DNA from: Felis catus
Taxonomy: Eukaryota
DNA: 64,000 nucleotides
Direction of reading: 5' to 3'
NCBI RefSeq assembly: GCF_018350175.1
Contig: NC_058369.1
Location: 4,650,001 to 4,714,000, forward strand
Shown here in pieces: positions 42,081-53,360 of this stretch. Under the pieces are notes generated by a model that made no database searches, was not told where the DNA came from, and was given only the letters and a program-made list of their open reading frames with translations. Both the position numbers and the translations under genes were made by a program. The stretch's first letter is position 1, and each line of letters opens with the position of its first letter.

Positions 42081-45000
42081 TCACTCCTTGAGGGAGAAGT
42101 GCATCTTGTCGCTGATCATCTTGCGCTCGGGGTTGAGCCGCTTGAGGATCTGGGCGAGCACGTTCACCGTCTGCTCGCTGCTCAGCCCCGTCTTCTTGGT
42201 CTGGAACTTCTTCAGCAGGTCCTTGGTGGTCATGGGCTTCCGAGTCAGATAGCGGCGCACCGCGTCCTCTGTCACCTGCACATCGCTGAGGAGCCGAGCG
42301 GAGGGCGGGGCGGGTGGGCGTCAGTGAGAGGCCTCCCCGCGCCCCTGCCCTGCTCCCCTGCCCCACCCCCCACCACCCTCGCCAACCTACCCGCTGCTGG
42401 GGGTCGACTTCCCGGACTGGGGCTGAGGGGTCGACTTCCCGGACAGGCTCTGGGGCCCGGCGTCCAGCCGCAACCGCTTGGCCACCGGCGTCTCATTCGT
42501 TCGCTTGCCTGGGGGAGCAGGGGAGGGGTTGAGCCCCGGGCCTGGGGGGCTGGACCCCCAGGGGCCCAGGAGGAGCGGGGCTGGGACCCCGTGTCCAGGG
42601 GGCCCCGGGGTGGACAGGCCTCTGCTCCAACTCTGGCCTCTGTTCCTGAGGCAGGAGGGGAGACTGAGGGCAGAGGTCAAGAGGTCGCGGCGAGGGGTGG
42701 GGCGACGGCCCTGCTCACCCTGCTCCAGCTTGGTGGCGGCGGCCCGCAGGGTGGAAGAGGTGCTGCCGCTCTCCGCGCTGGGTGTGCCCGGCCGGCTGTT
42801 GCCCCGAGAGCTGCCTCCCGACGGCCTCCGCTCCCTCTTGGGGGGCGTCTTCTTCTTCTGCGGAAATGGGGTTGGGATGTGAGTCTGGAGACAGACGCCC
42901 GCCCACCCGCTCCTGCCCGGGCCCGGGCCTCACCGCCATGAAGAGGGCCGAGGACGCCTCGCTGTCGATGTCGCTCTCCTCTGAGCTGTCCGACTCGTCG
43001 CTGCTGTCTGCATGGGGGCCGGAGGAGTGTCAGCGCCAGGGCGCCCCGCCCCGGCTCCACCCCAGATGAGGGGCTCTGGGAGCGGGCCCCCCCGGGCAGC
43101 GGGGAGGGGACCCACCTTTCCTGCGCTTCTTCTCCTGAGGCGTGGGCGCCTTCTTCTCCTCCTCCTCCTCCTTGTCCTCCTCGGGCGGCTTCTCCTCCTC
43201 ACTCTCCTCGCTGCTCTCACTCTGCTCATCTACGCCCTTGGGGCCCTCCTCCTGCTGGGTGACCTTGGGCTTGCCCTCCAGCTCATCCTGGGAGCTGCTG
43301 GAAGGCGGAGAACCAGCCGAAGACCGTGAGGGAGCGCGTGGGCCGGGCTGGCGCAGGCCTCACGCCCACCTCACACCTGCCTCCCGCCTGCCTCACCTTG
43401 AGCCGTCGGACATGTAGTCCACTTCCTGGCCCTCAAAGTCCCCGTCGTCGCTGTCTTCGAAGGCCTCGTCGTCGGACCCCTTCTTCTTCTTCTTCTTCCT
43501 GCCTCCCTTGGCCGGCGGTGCCTTCTTCTTGGCCTTGGGAGCTCTGCCACCTAGGGAAGCAGAGCGGGACTCAGGCCGGGCACTCGTCCCGTTTGGGAAA
43601 CCTGAGGATGTCTGGACATCTTGGGGGCCTCACTGAGCACGGAGAGACGCCCAGGACTGGCCTCTTACACGTAAACTGACCGGTCCAAGTCTATACCCCC
43701 AACTCGCTTTCTCTGACTCACACTCAGGGCCACCATCTCCGTCCCTGCATCCCCCAGAACCGTGTATCGGACAACTAGAGCCCACCCCTGTAGCCCAAGG
43801 CCCACCAGCATCATTCAAACGGGCCCATCCAAAGCTGTTCACCCTGCCCTGCGCTGCCCATCCATGGACACCCCAATAAAGGCTGCAGCTGAGACCTTCC
43901 CGTTGCTCCTCTCTGCCTCCTACCACCTCCCGTGCTTCCCCAAGGGCCGGTGCAGCGGGCTGTGCCCTGTCCTCATTCCCAGGGGACTGTGAGTGACTCA
44001 GCTTTCCCTCAGTGTCATCAACCTTCCTGAGTCGTCACTCAGACACCTTGAGGGAGTACGACCCAGGCTGGTCCACACGGCCACCCAGGGGGGCTCCACC
44101 AGCCTCACCCTCCTCGCCGCTGGCCTCGCTGTCGTCAGACGACATCTCCAGGTCATCCTCCAGGTCGTGGATGCGCAGCTCACTGGCCTTCTTGCGGCTG
44201 CGTTTCTCCTTCTCCTCGTCTTCCTCATCCTGGTCCTGATCCTTGAGCCGCCGTTGCTGCATGATGCTGAAGTGGTTCAGGACTTTGTTTCTCCTGTGGG
44301 CAGGGGAAGGGTACAGTGGGGGCTGACAAGGGGTCTGGCTCCAAAACTGGGCCTCCTCCCTGCGTCTCCACCAGGCACTCCCCAAAGGGGAATGACAGAC
44401 ACGACTTTGGTGACATGAGGGGACTCACACCCATGGCATGGAACACCCTGAAGTCACATGGGAGAGCTGGCCCTGCTTTGATCCCTTGTCTGTCCCATGT
44501 CCCTCAAAGATAAGGTTTCATGTGGTGTTGGGAGAGAGCATCTCTCTCCAGCTCAGGTCCTTTCTCAGACAACAGAATCTGGACACAACATATTCATGTC
44601 CATCTGTTTTTATGGTAGTTTATGGATGCCTTTGTGTTTATGAGAAGAAATAACTTTTCATTTACTTTGATGATAAAAGTTTTAAAAAATATGACTGCAT
44701 CTATGGAGAGCTTAGGATTACATCTAACAGCATAAGCAAAGTTCATCAGTGCTGTGAAAAGGAGTAAAGCTCCTGCACAAGAATGTGAGTGTAATTAACA
44801 CTACTGAACAGTACATTTAAGTATGGTTAAGATGGCAAATTTTATGTTTTTTACAATTAAAAGCATTTTTAAATTTTTTTTTTTTAACGTTTATTTATTT
44901 TTGAGACAGAGAGAGAGACAGAGCATGAACAGGGGAGGGGCAGAGAGAGAGGGAGACACAGAATCTGAAACAGGCTCCAGGCTCTGAGCTGTCAGCACAG

Positions 45001-48000
45001 AGCCCGACGCAGGGCTTGAACTCACGGACCATGAGATCATGACCTGAGCCGAAATCGGACGCTCAACCGACCAAGCCACCCATGCGCCCCACAATTAAAA
45101 GTATTTTTAATGGAAAAGAATGATGGGGGTGCCTGGGCGGCTCAGTCGGCTAAGCGTCCAACTTTGGCTCAGGTCATGATCTCACCATTCCCGAGTTCGA
45201 GCCCTGCGTTGGGCTCTGTGCTGTCAGCACAGAACCCGCTTCAGATCCTCTGCCCCTCCCTGGTTTGTGTGCACACACACTCTCTCTCTCAAAAAAATAA
45301 ACATTAAAAAATAAATAAATAAAAATTTAAAAAATTAAAAATTAAAAAAGGAACAAAGCACTGATATGTGCCACAACGTGGATGAACTTGGAGGACATTA
45401 TGGCGACTGAAATAAGCCAGAGGCAAACGGACAAATACTGCATGATCCGACTCATAGGAGATCCCTAAAGGGGTCAAACTCACAGAGACAGAAAGTAGAA
45501 TGGTGGGAGCCAGGGGCTGGGGGAGAGGGAGAAAGAGTTACTGTTTAATGGGGACAGAGTTTCAGTTTGGGAAGACGAGAAAGTTCTGGAGAGGGATGGC
45601 GGTGATGGTTGAACAATAATGCGAATGGGCTTACTGTCACCAAACTGGACACTTACAAACGGTTAAATGACAAACTACGTAGTGTGGATTTCACCCGTAG
45701 TTGGTCCAGCCATAGCCCTCCGGTCTGGGGGGGAAGCCAAGTGGGCCCCGGGGATCTCCCCCCGCTCTGCCAATTCCTGCTCCAGGGCTCAGCTCAGCAG
45801 CTACTACCTCCCCAGCCCTGTGTGTCCCTGATGCCTTCATGTCCGTCTCCCCCACTGAACTGGGAGCTCCCTAAGGGCTTGGTGGAGTCCGACCTGGTCA
45901 CCACCGAGTACCCAGCCCCCGGCCAGGCAGAAGTTATGGTGACACACTCCATTTCCAAGTGTGTCAGCCCCTTCTGGGGAAGCTGGGGAAGCAATGCCCG
46001 CACCCTGCCTCCCTCCAGGCCCAGCTGTGGCTCACACTCACCTTTCCCACTCCTCCTCGGCCTCCTCGGCAGTGAGCGTGCGATGCCGGGCCAGCGGCGT
46101 GAAGTTATACCAGTTGTGCACAGGGAAGGCCTCAAAGGCCCCATCGGGGCACTGGGTGAAGATATAGTAGGACGTGTTCTCTGTCACGCCTCCCTTCTTG
46201 ATGCCCTTGAACCTGCAGGGAGGCAACGTCACAGCCTGGCCCTCACGACCAGCCCCCTGGCCTGCCCTCTCTCCAGAACCACCTGGGTTCTCTGAGCAAA
46301 CTCCAAGCCTGAGAGATCCTGGGCCGGCCCTTCAACTGTGTGAGCCTCGATTTCGGCATCTGGAAAGCCGGGCAGCACTCCCCACCTCACGGAGCGAGCT
46401 CGGGGCTCCCCTCGTGGTACGTATCACGGCCCTTTCTGGAAGGACCGCGTTAGGTGAGCTGTGAAGCAGGGGCGCCGCAGTCACACCCCTCCGGATTTGC
46501 CTCCAGGTTTCTCCTCATGCCCGAACCAGTGCCAGCCTCCTCCTGGCCTCTGCCCTCACCCTTCCCTGCCCTAAAAGTCTGGGAAGTCTTACGAGTGCCT
46601 TTCCCTGCCCACGGCCTTCGAGGCTCCCCTGGGCCCCGGCCCACCCATGCTCCAGCTGCATCCTGGCACCCACCGTCCTGCGCTGTGCACCCGCCCTCTG
46701 TCGCTGTCACACCGTGGAGATCCGCACACCATTCCCTGCTTTCGTGCACACTGTTCTTCCCGGAGCCCCCTCCATCCACCTGACCTCCCAACCCTCACGG
46801 CCCCCGGTCCCCAGGCGGCTGCTCGCTGCGTGCGGTCAGGACAGGCTCTCGGGCTTCCTGTATGTACCCTGGTCCCTAAGGGCTCCTGCACCAGCACCAG
46901 CCTGGTTCATCTTCAGAAAGAAAACCCCACGAGGGACGCGGGAGTTCAGGGAGGGACGCCCAGCCGAGTCAGGACGCGAGGGGGTCGCGGGAGGCACTCG
47001 CCGCTGCCACCACTTACTTTCTGCCCGACTTGCCGTTGACGCGAAGCAGCCAGGGCTGGTCCTCGGGCCGGAACTCCTTGAGGACGATGCCGTACTTCTT
47101 CCTCCTCGCCTCCTCGCGAAGCTTGCGGTTGAACTCGCTGCCCGCACCCGACTCGGGCATCTCCTCCTCCTGGTAAATCTTCTTGTTGCTCAGGTCTCGC
47201 TCCAGCCGGGCCTGGAGTGACGGAGCAGGCGCGAGGGCAGGCAACAAACCTTCCGTCAGGGCTGCCTGCCTTCGCTCGAGCTGTGCCCGCCGCCCCCCAC
47301 CCTGCAAGAACACCCGAACGCCCTCTTCACCCCACCTCCCAGGCTGAGCTGCGGACTTGCAAAGCCAACCTCCTGCTTAGCGAAACAAAAAAGGGGTAGA
47401 ATGCTGGCCTTCGGGGGTGCATCTGGGCGAAGGCATGTGGGCAACCTCGTACCAGGTCTACTTGGCAGCTTTGGAAAGTTTGAAATTCTTTCTAAATCAA
47501 CATTTAAAGAACTAAATCAATAAACAAACAAACAGTGAGATCATTTTGGTGATAGGGCAAAAACAAAAAACAAGGAACTGGCCCGCTCTCTGCATTCAGG
47601 CCGTTTTCCAAATTTTGATCTTTAAAATGCACGTGCCGCTCACCCTAGAGGTCCCTCCTCCAGACAGCGGAGGTGAAATGACACGCGCAGTGCTGTTTAG
47701 CACACCAGTCTGTTGCAGCAGAAGACTAGAAGTCAACCTAACGCACATCAGCGGGGCACTGGCTTCATGCACGGGGCCTCCTCCACACAATGGAAGACAG
47801 AGCGGCCAGAAAAGAAAAAGGGGGCGACTGTAGGGAACAAGTCCCAAGGCCGCAACTGTAGGGAACAAGTCCCAAGGCACAGTGACTGAAAAAGGCAAGA
47901 TGACCCACACTGCTTCCTACTGACAAGAGATTTCAGACAGCTGGGAACAAAAAGATCCTACCAGCTACCAGGAAGAAGGGGGAAAAGTCCCTGGCCCAGG

Positions 48001-51000
48001 GGCAGGCCACGTTTTTAGAAACAAAGTCTTACTGGCATACAGCCACGCCCACTCGATGTGTCCCTGTGCCTTTACTGCGCATGTGCGGACACGCAGCGTT
48101 GAGGAGCTGCCGCACAGACACCGGCCAACCAAGTGCACCATAATTACTGGTCCTTTAAGAAAAAGCCTACTGACCCCTGATACAAAGGACAAGAGGGAGA
48201 ATGGCAGAAGCTCTCCACAGCCCACACCAGAAGCCAGAAAACACTGGAACAAAACCCTCACAACTTGAGAGAAAATGGTTACCAGGCTAGCTTATGATAC
48301 CCAGTCGAGCTACCCAGCCCGAGGCTGGAATCTGGACACTCACAGGGGTGCGAGGGAATTGGTGTGCACCCCGCACCTTTTTGGGGAGCCGGCCCAGGAT
48401 GTGCCTCACTACAAAAGGAAGGTAAACAGGCCTGATTCCCCGAACACGGTCACCCCAGAGGGCAGGGCCCCTGCCTGGCGTGTTCACCTTTAGCCCAGCG
48501 GAGGGTCTCCAGGGACAGTTGCTGAAAGAATGCATTTGGAGGGGGTTTCTGCCCACACGTTGCCCTGGGTGAGCAGCGGCTACCAGAGGAGGAGGACGTC
48601 CCCTGTGGTTTTAAGTGCTTAGATGGCTGTACCCGCCCCCTCCCTTGAGTGACTAGTGACAGGGGGGTATCAACCCAGCAGATTAGTTTTCTCCAGGGAA
48701 TGTAATCCCCCTCGTTGGTTTTTAGGGAGTGTGCCGTTTAGGCAATGAAAATTCAAGGGGCTGCATTTCCCTGTGACTAGGTTTTTAGGGAGTGTAACCT
48801 CCGTGTGGTGAAAGCAAGGAGTGATGAGTGACGTCCCCCCATGACGATCGGGGAACAGGGTATGTGTAACCCCCAAGTTACTAGCGGCTAGGAGATCACG
48901 TGTCTCGAGAGGTGATAACTATGCAGGCTCCGCACCTCAAGGCAGTGGGTGACGAGGGGCATGGACCCTCCAAGGGGACGAGTGGCTGAGGTGCAGACTC
49001 CTCTCAGTTCTCATGGATGCCGGGACAGGGCATCTCCTACGGATGACGGATCAAGAGTCGTGGGTTCCCAAGGTATTTACCAAGTCACTCCTCTTAGCGA
49101 GGAGTATTTGGGGGCAGGGTACCCGAAGGTGGCTTATTTCTCTCTCCTGGATGGTAAATGATGAAGAATGTCTCCCCACTGAGTGATGAGGGATTTGGAA
49201 ACACTGCACCCTCTCTGGATAACTTAGGCGGGGCCAGAGGTGGGGGGAACATGCTAGTCTGTATACAAACATGTGGGCAGCTGGCCGTGCTGACAGGCAG
49301 GCACCCTACAAGGGAAGAGGGCGCCTGGAGCAAGCATCCACCTGCCCAGTATCCAGAGGAGCACGTTGTTAGCACGTCTCTCTCAAATAGTCTCATTTGC
49401 TCAGCTGGGTGAAGTGAAGTTTAAAAATAGACAAAAGAGGGGCGTCTGGGTGGCTTGGTCAGTTAAGCATCCGACTTCGGCTCCGGCCGTGATCTCACAG
49501 TTCGTGGGTTCAAGCCCCGCTTTGGGCTGTCTGCTGTCAGCACAAAGCTTGCTTTGGATCCTCTGTCTCCCCTGCTCTCCGCCCCTCCCCCACTCATACT
49601 CTGTCTCTCAAAAATAAACATTAAAAAAAATGTTTTTTTAACAGCCAAAAGAGGGGCGCCTGGGTGGCTCAGTTGGTTGTGTCTGAGTCTCGATTTTGGC
49701 TCAGGTCATGATCTCGCAGTTTGTGGGATTGAGCCCCATGTCAGGCTCCACACCAGTAGCACACAGCCCACTTGGGATTCTCTCTCCTACTCCCCTGGCC
49801 CTCCCCCCCCACCCCCGCACACCCCCACCCCCGCACCCCCCCACCGACCAGCTTTTGCATGCACACATGTGCGCTGTCTCTCTCAAAATAAACTTAAAAA
49901 AAAAAAAATAGTCGAGAGTGGCACCTGGGTGGCTCAATCAGTTAAGCACCCAACTCTTGATTTCAGCTCAGGTCGTGATTTTACAGTCTGTGAGTTTGAG
50001 CCCTGCATCAGGCTGTCTGCTGTCAGCACAGAGCCCACTTCGGATCCTCTGTCTCCCTCTCTTCCTGCCCCTACTTGTGCTCTCTCCCAAAATAAATAAA
50101 CATTAGGGGTGCCTGGGTGGCTTAGTCGGTTAAGCGTCCGACTTCAGCTCAGGTCATGATCTCACAGTCCGTGAGTTCGAGCCCCGCCTCGGGTTCTGTG
50201 CCGACAGCTCGGAGCCTGGAGCCTGCTTCGGGTTCTGTGCCTCCCTCCCTCTCTGCCCCTCCCCTGCTCACGCTCTGTCTCTATCTCTCAGCAATAACTA
50301 AATGTTAAAAATAATAATAATAATAAAACAAATACACATAAAAAAAGAAAAAGATTCTCTCTCCCCCTCTCCTCCGTTGGCTCTTTCTCCCTAAAACAGA
50401 TTTTAGAAAAAAAAAAAAAAAAAAAAGTCCAAAGGCAGACCTGTGCTCGACAACCAGCTGAGCAGTCGGAGCTGCCCGACCGCGGGAAGGCCGGACCGTG
50501 CCGACTTCAGACTTGGGGCCAAGTCCCCTGCTGGGCGGCTCCAGTCTCTGTGGCTTTAAACGCTGCTCCAAATGCCCAGATGTGCCCTCCCGCTCTCCCA
50601 ACTCACAGGTCCAACTGCTCACCTACCGTCTCCTCCGGGATGTCTAATATAAGACGTCCCAAACTGAACTCCCCAATACTCCATCCATCTGGCCCTGGCA
50701 CCCCTCAACATCCAATCATTAACCGACCCTATGGGCTCCGCTCCAAACACACTAGAATCCACCCACGTCTCATAACGCTGTTTGCTCCATGCAACCATCA
50801 CTCGCCTGGACCACAGCCGACGCCTCCAGCCTGCACACCCTTCATCTGCCCTTGACCCCACAGTCTGTCTCCTGACAGTGCCTGGATCACTTTATAACTC
50901 CCCTGTTTAAAAAAATTTTTAATTTTTTAAATGTTTGTTTATTTCTGAGAGAGAGAGAGAGAGAGAGAGGAGAGCGAGAGAGCGAGACAGAGCATGAGTG

Positions 51001-52641
51001 GGGGAGGGCAGAGAGAGAGAGAGAGGGAGACACAGAATCCAAAACAGGCTCCAGGCTCTGAGCTGTCGGCACAGAGCCCAACTTGGGGCTCAAACTTGGG
51101 AACAGCAAGATCGTGACCTGAGCTAAAGCTGGACGCTCAACCCACTGAGGCACGCAGGGCCCCCCACCCTGATTTAAAACTCTTTAATGGCTTCAATGTT
51201 TGTGTTCCACCCCAAAATGCAGATGTTGAAACCTCACCCTCAGTGGGATGGTAGGGGGAGGTGGGGCCTCGGGGAGGGGATTAGGTCACGAGGGTGGAGC
51301 CCTTGTGAGTGAGATTAGTGCCCCTACAAGAGAGGCCCAGAGAGCTCCCTCACCCTTTCCGCCATGTGAGGGCAGTGAAAAGACAGCCATCTATGAAGCA
51401 GGAGGAAGGCCCACACCGGACCGAAAATCTGCTGGCGCCTTGATCTTGGACTTCCCAGCCTTCAGAATTGTGAGAAATAAACCTGTGTCGCTTATACGCC
51501 GCCCAGGCTATGGTGTTCTGTGAAGGCAGCGCCCGTGGACAGAGGTGGCTTCCAAATACCATCTGTAGGAGGCAGCCCCCTCCCTGGCCCAGATAACTCG
51601 AGGCCAAAAATGCCCGTCAGTGGGCACAACTTGTACATGCTCTCCTTTCACAAGGCCTGGGCAGGTGCAGTTAGGCATCCAAATCTGCCTCCCAGGGATG
51701 CACCCAGCAGCTCAGCCTGGGCCTCAGCACATCATTGGATCTCCGCTCCAGGAGAGGTGAGGAAACCAAGCCTCAGTTAGTACTATCACAAAGGGGAACT
51801 GTTACAACCCAGTGCAGGATCCCCTTGTCACACTCACAATGGAGACTGACCTGATTCCAGGTAGCGAAGTTGACTTTATCCGCTGCGTTGAAGGCCATGA
51901 TGTTGTATTTTTTAGTTGTGTTTCTGGAACGGGCAAGTAGGGGCAGTGCTCAGTTACTCGTTCATTTAGCAAACCCTCCCGGGCTCAGCAGTGCTGGGGA
52001 CCCACCAAAGACCCCAGGGGTTCCCAGTCTGTCAGGGAACAGATCCATGCCCTCCCAACCCCGTGCGGAAAGAAAGCAGAAGGAGGCACAGAGATCTGGG
52101 GGAACCAACATGTGGGAATAATGAGGAACTCTGCCCTGGGGATGGGGGAGGGCAGGCAGGGAATGCTTCCTGGGGGAGGAAAGTCCTGGAACTGGGTTTT
52201 AGGGAACCAACAAGAACCCACCCCACAGAGTCACAAGCGGGGAAGAGGCATTCCTGCCAGAGGGAATGAATGCTAGGCCAGAAGGCTGCATCCTGCCGCC
52301 TATTGAAGCACTCCTTCATTCGTTCTGCTCCAAACACAGAGATGCCCCCAGAGAGGCCTCGGCTGAACTCCAGCCCCGTCCTCAGGTCCCCCTGCTCGTC
52401 AGAGCGAGAAGCACAGGCGGTGCCAGCCATGTCTACGAGCTCAGGGAGGTATAGAACCCCTTTCGGAGAAGTGGGAAGAGGGGTCAGGGACTTACTTGGG
52501 AACGCGAACGACATACTCGGTGACGTTCTGGCTGCCGGGGCCCTGCGGGCAGAGAAGGCGGGACGGTGAGTGCGGGGCTGCGGAGGCCCCCGCAGGGACC
52601 CCCCCCCCCCAACTCCGCCGCATACTCACGAGGGCCGCCAT
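42081..52641 (-). CDS. GTF2F1: General transcription factor IIF subunit 1 (RAP74), 12 coding exons, 517 aa
   Basis: Exons 52630-52641, 52496-52542, 51851-51923, 47018-47211, 46042-46212, 44109-44293, 43397-43550, 43116-43297, 42934-43007, 42719-42857, 42391-42508, 42081-42285 (1554 nt incl. TGA), all GT-AG and phase-compatible. MAALGPGSQNVTEYVVRVPK ... C-terminal winged helix VTEDAVRRYLTRKPMTTKDLLKKF...HFSLKE. Confidence 0.98.
44870..45345. mobile_element. Two head-to-head CAN-SINEs in GTF2F1 intron 5
   Basis: Minus copy ~44870-45090 and plus copy ~45125-45345, embedded in old L1 3' fragments. Confidence 0.85.
47827..47878. repeat. Short tandem duplication (24-nt identical core, 28-nt period)
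   Basis: ACTGTAGGGAACAAGTCCCAAGGC at 47827-47850 and 47855-47878. Confidence 0.9.
49439..50340 (+). mobile_element. Four head-to-tail CAN-SINEs in GTF2F1 intron 3
   Basis: Starts near 49439, 49652, 49918 and 50106, each GGGG(C/T)GCCTGGGTGGCT-like with a (CT)n/A-rich tail. Confidence 0.9.
51190..51545 (+). mobile_element. MLT1A-type MaLR LTR
   Basis: AATGTTTGTGTTCCACCCCAAAATGCAGATGTTGAAACC...GGACTTCCCAGCCTTCAGAATTGTGAGAAATAAA. Confidence 0.75.
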
Positions 52642-53360
52642 GGGCGACGACGTTCGGTGGTTCGGGTCCGGTCCGGTCCTGTCCGCGTCCCTCAGTCGCG
52701 GGGAAGCCGCTCTCGCGGTGCCGGGTCTCTGGCCCCGACCGAGGACCCCAAGGCCGAGGTGCCACCGATCCTGGGAGCAACTACCGGGAAGCCGTGCTCG
52801 CTCGGCCGGCTCGGCGACCACTCCGGTCACGTCTGCGCCTGCGCCTAACCTGGAAGAGAAACTCGGGGTGCGTCGCGATGGCAACCTCCTCCGCGTCACG
52901 TATTTCCCCTCGACTCTTTCTAGAGGGAGGAGCCACGACCGACCCGCAGCTGGAGGAAGCGCCGTCTACCGCCCGGACCCGCGCTCGCGGCTCTATATAG
53001 CGCTGTTAATTTAATCTGCCGGGTGGACACGCCTCCCCGTGACGACACTCTCCGCGGGGCATCCTGGGAGGGGAGGGAGGAACTGGCCTTCCTCGCGAGC
53101 TCTCGCGCGCCTCGCGCATGCGCCACTCCGCTCCGGAAGTGCGCCCAAGGAGGCCGCGTCACCATAGCGACCGAGGTCTCTTTTGCGGCTAGCTGCCACG
53201 GCTCCACCTGAGCCTCTTTAGGGTCATTTCCTCCTTCTGCCCCTGGGAGACCTCATCATCTCGCCAAACGATCGGGCCCTTGTGACGCTGAGCCGAGCCA
53301 GGAGGCGTCAGAGCCTGGGTGGGGGTGGGGCGCGACCACTCCACGGGCCGCTGACGGGAT
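52640..53360. promoter_or_regulatory. Bidirectional CpG-island promoter, GTF2F1 / AK-like locus
   Basis: NRF1 GCGCATGCGC 53114-53123, ETS/GABP CCGGAAGTG 53133-53141, CTCGCGAG 53092-53099, palindromic CTATATAG 52993-53000, X-box-like sites 52872-52885 and 53158-53171. Confidence 0.75.

Noticed and set aside
41964-42941. 325-aa plus-strand ORF, the longest in the window
   Set aside because: Antisense shadow of GC-rich GTF2F1 exons and introns; non-ATG start and no recognisable domain.
47827-47878. Direct repeat as a CRISPR-like array
   Set aside because: Only two copies, 4-nt separation, eukaryotic intron; a simple tandem duplication.
49159-49222. C/D-box snoRNA-like pattern ATGATGA...CTGA GTGATGA...CTGG
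   Set aside because: On the strand opposite to the host gene GTF2F1, terminal D box is CTGG rather than CTGA, and no terminal stem.
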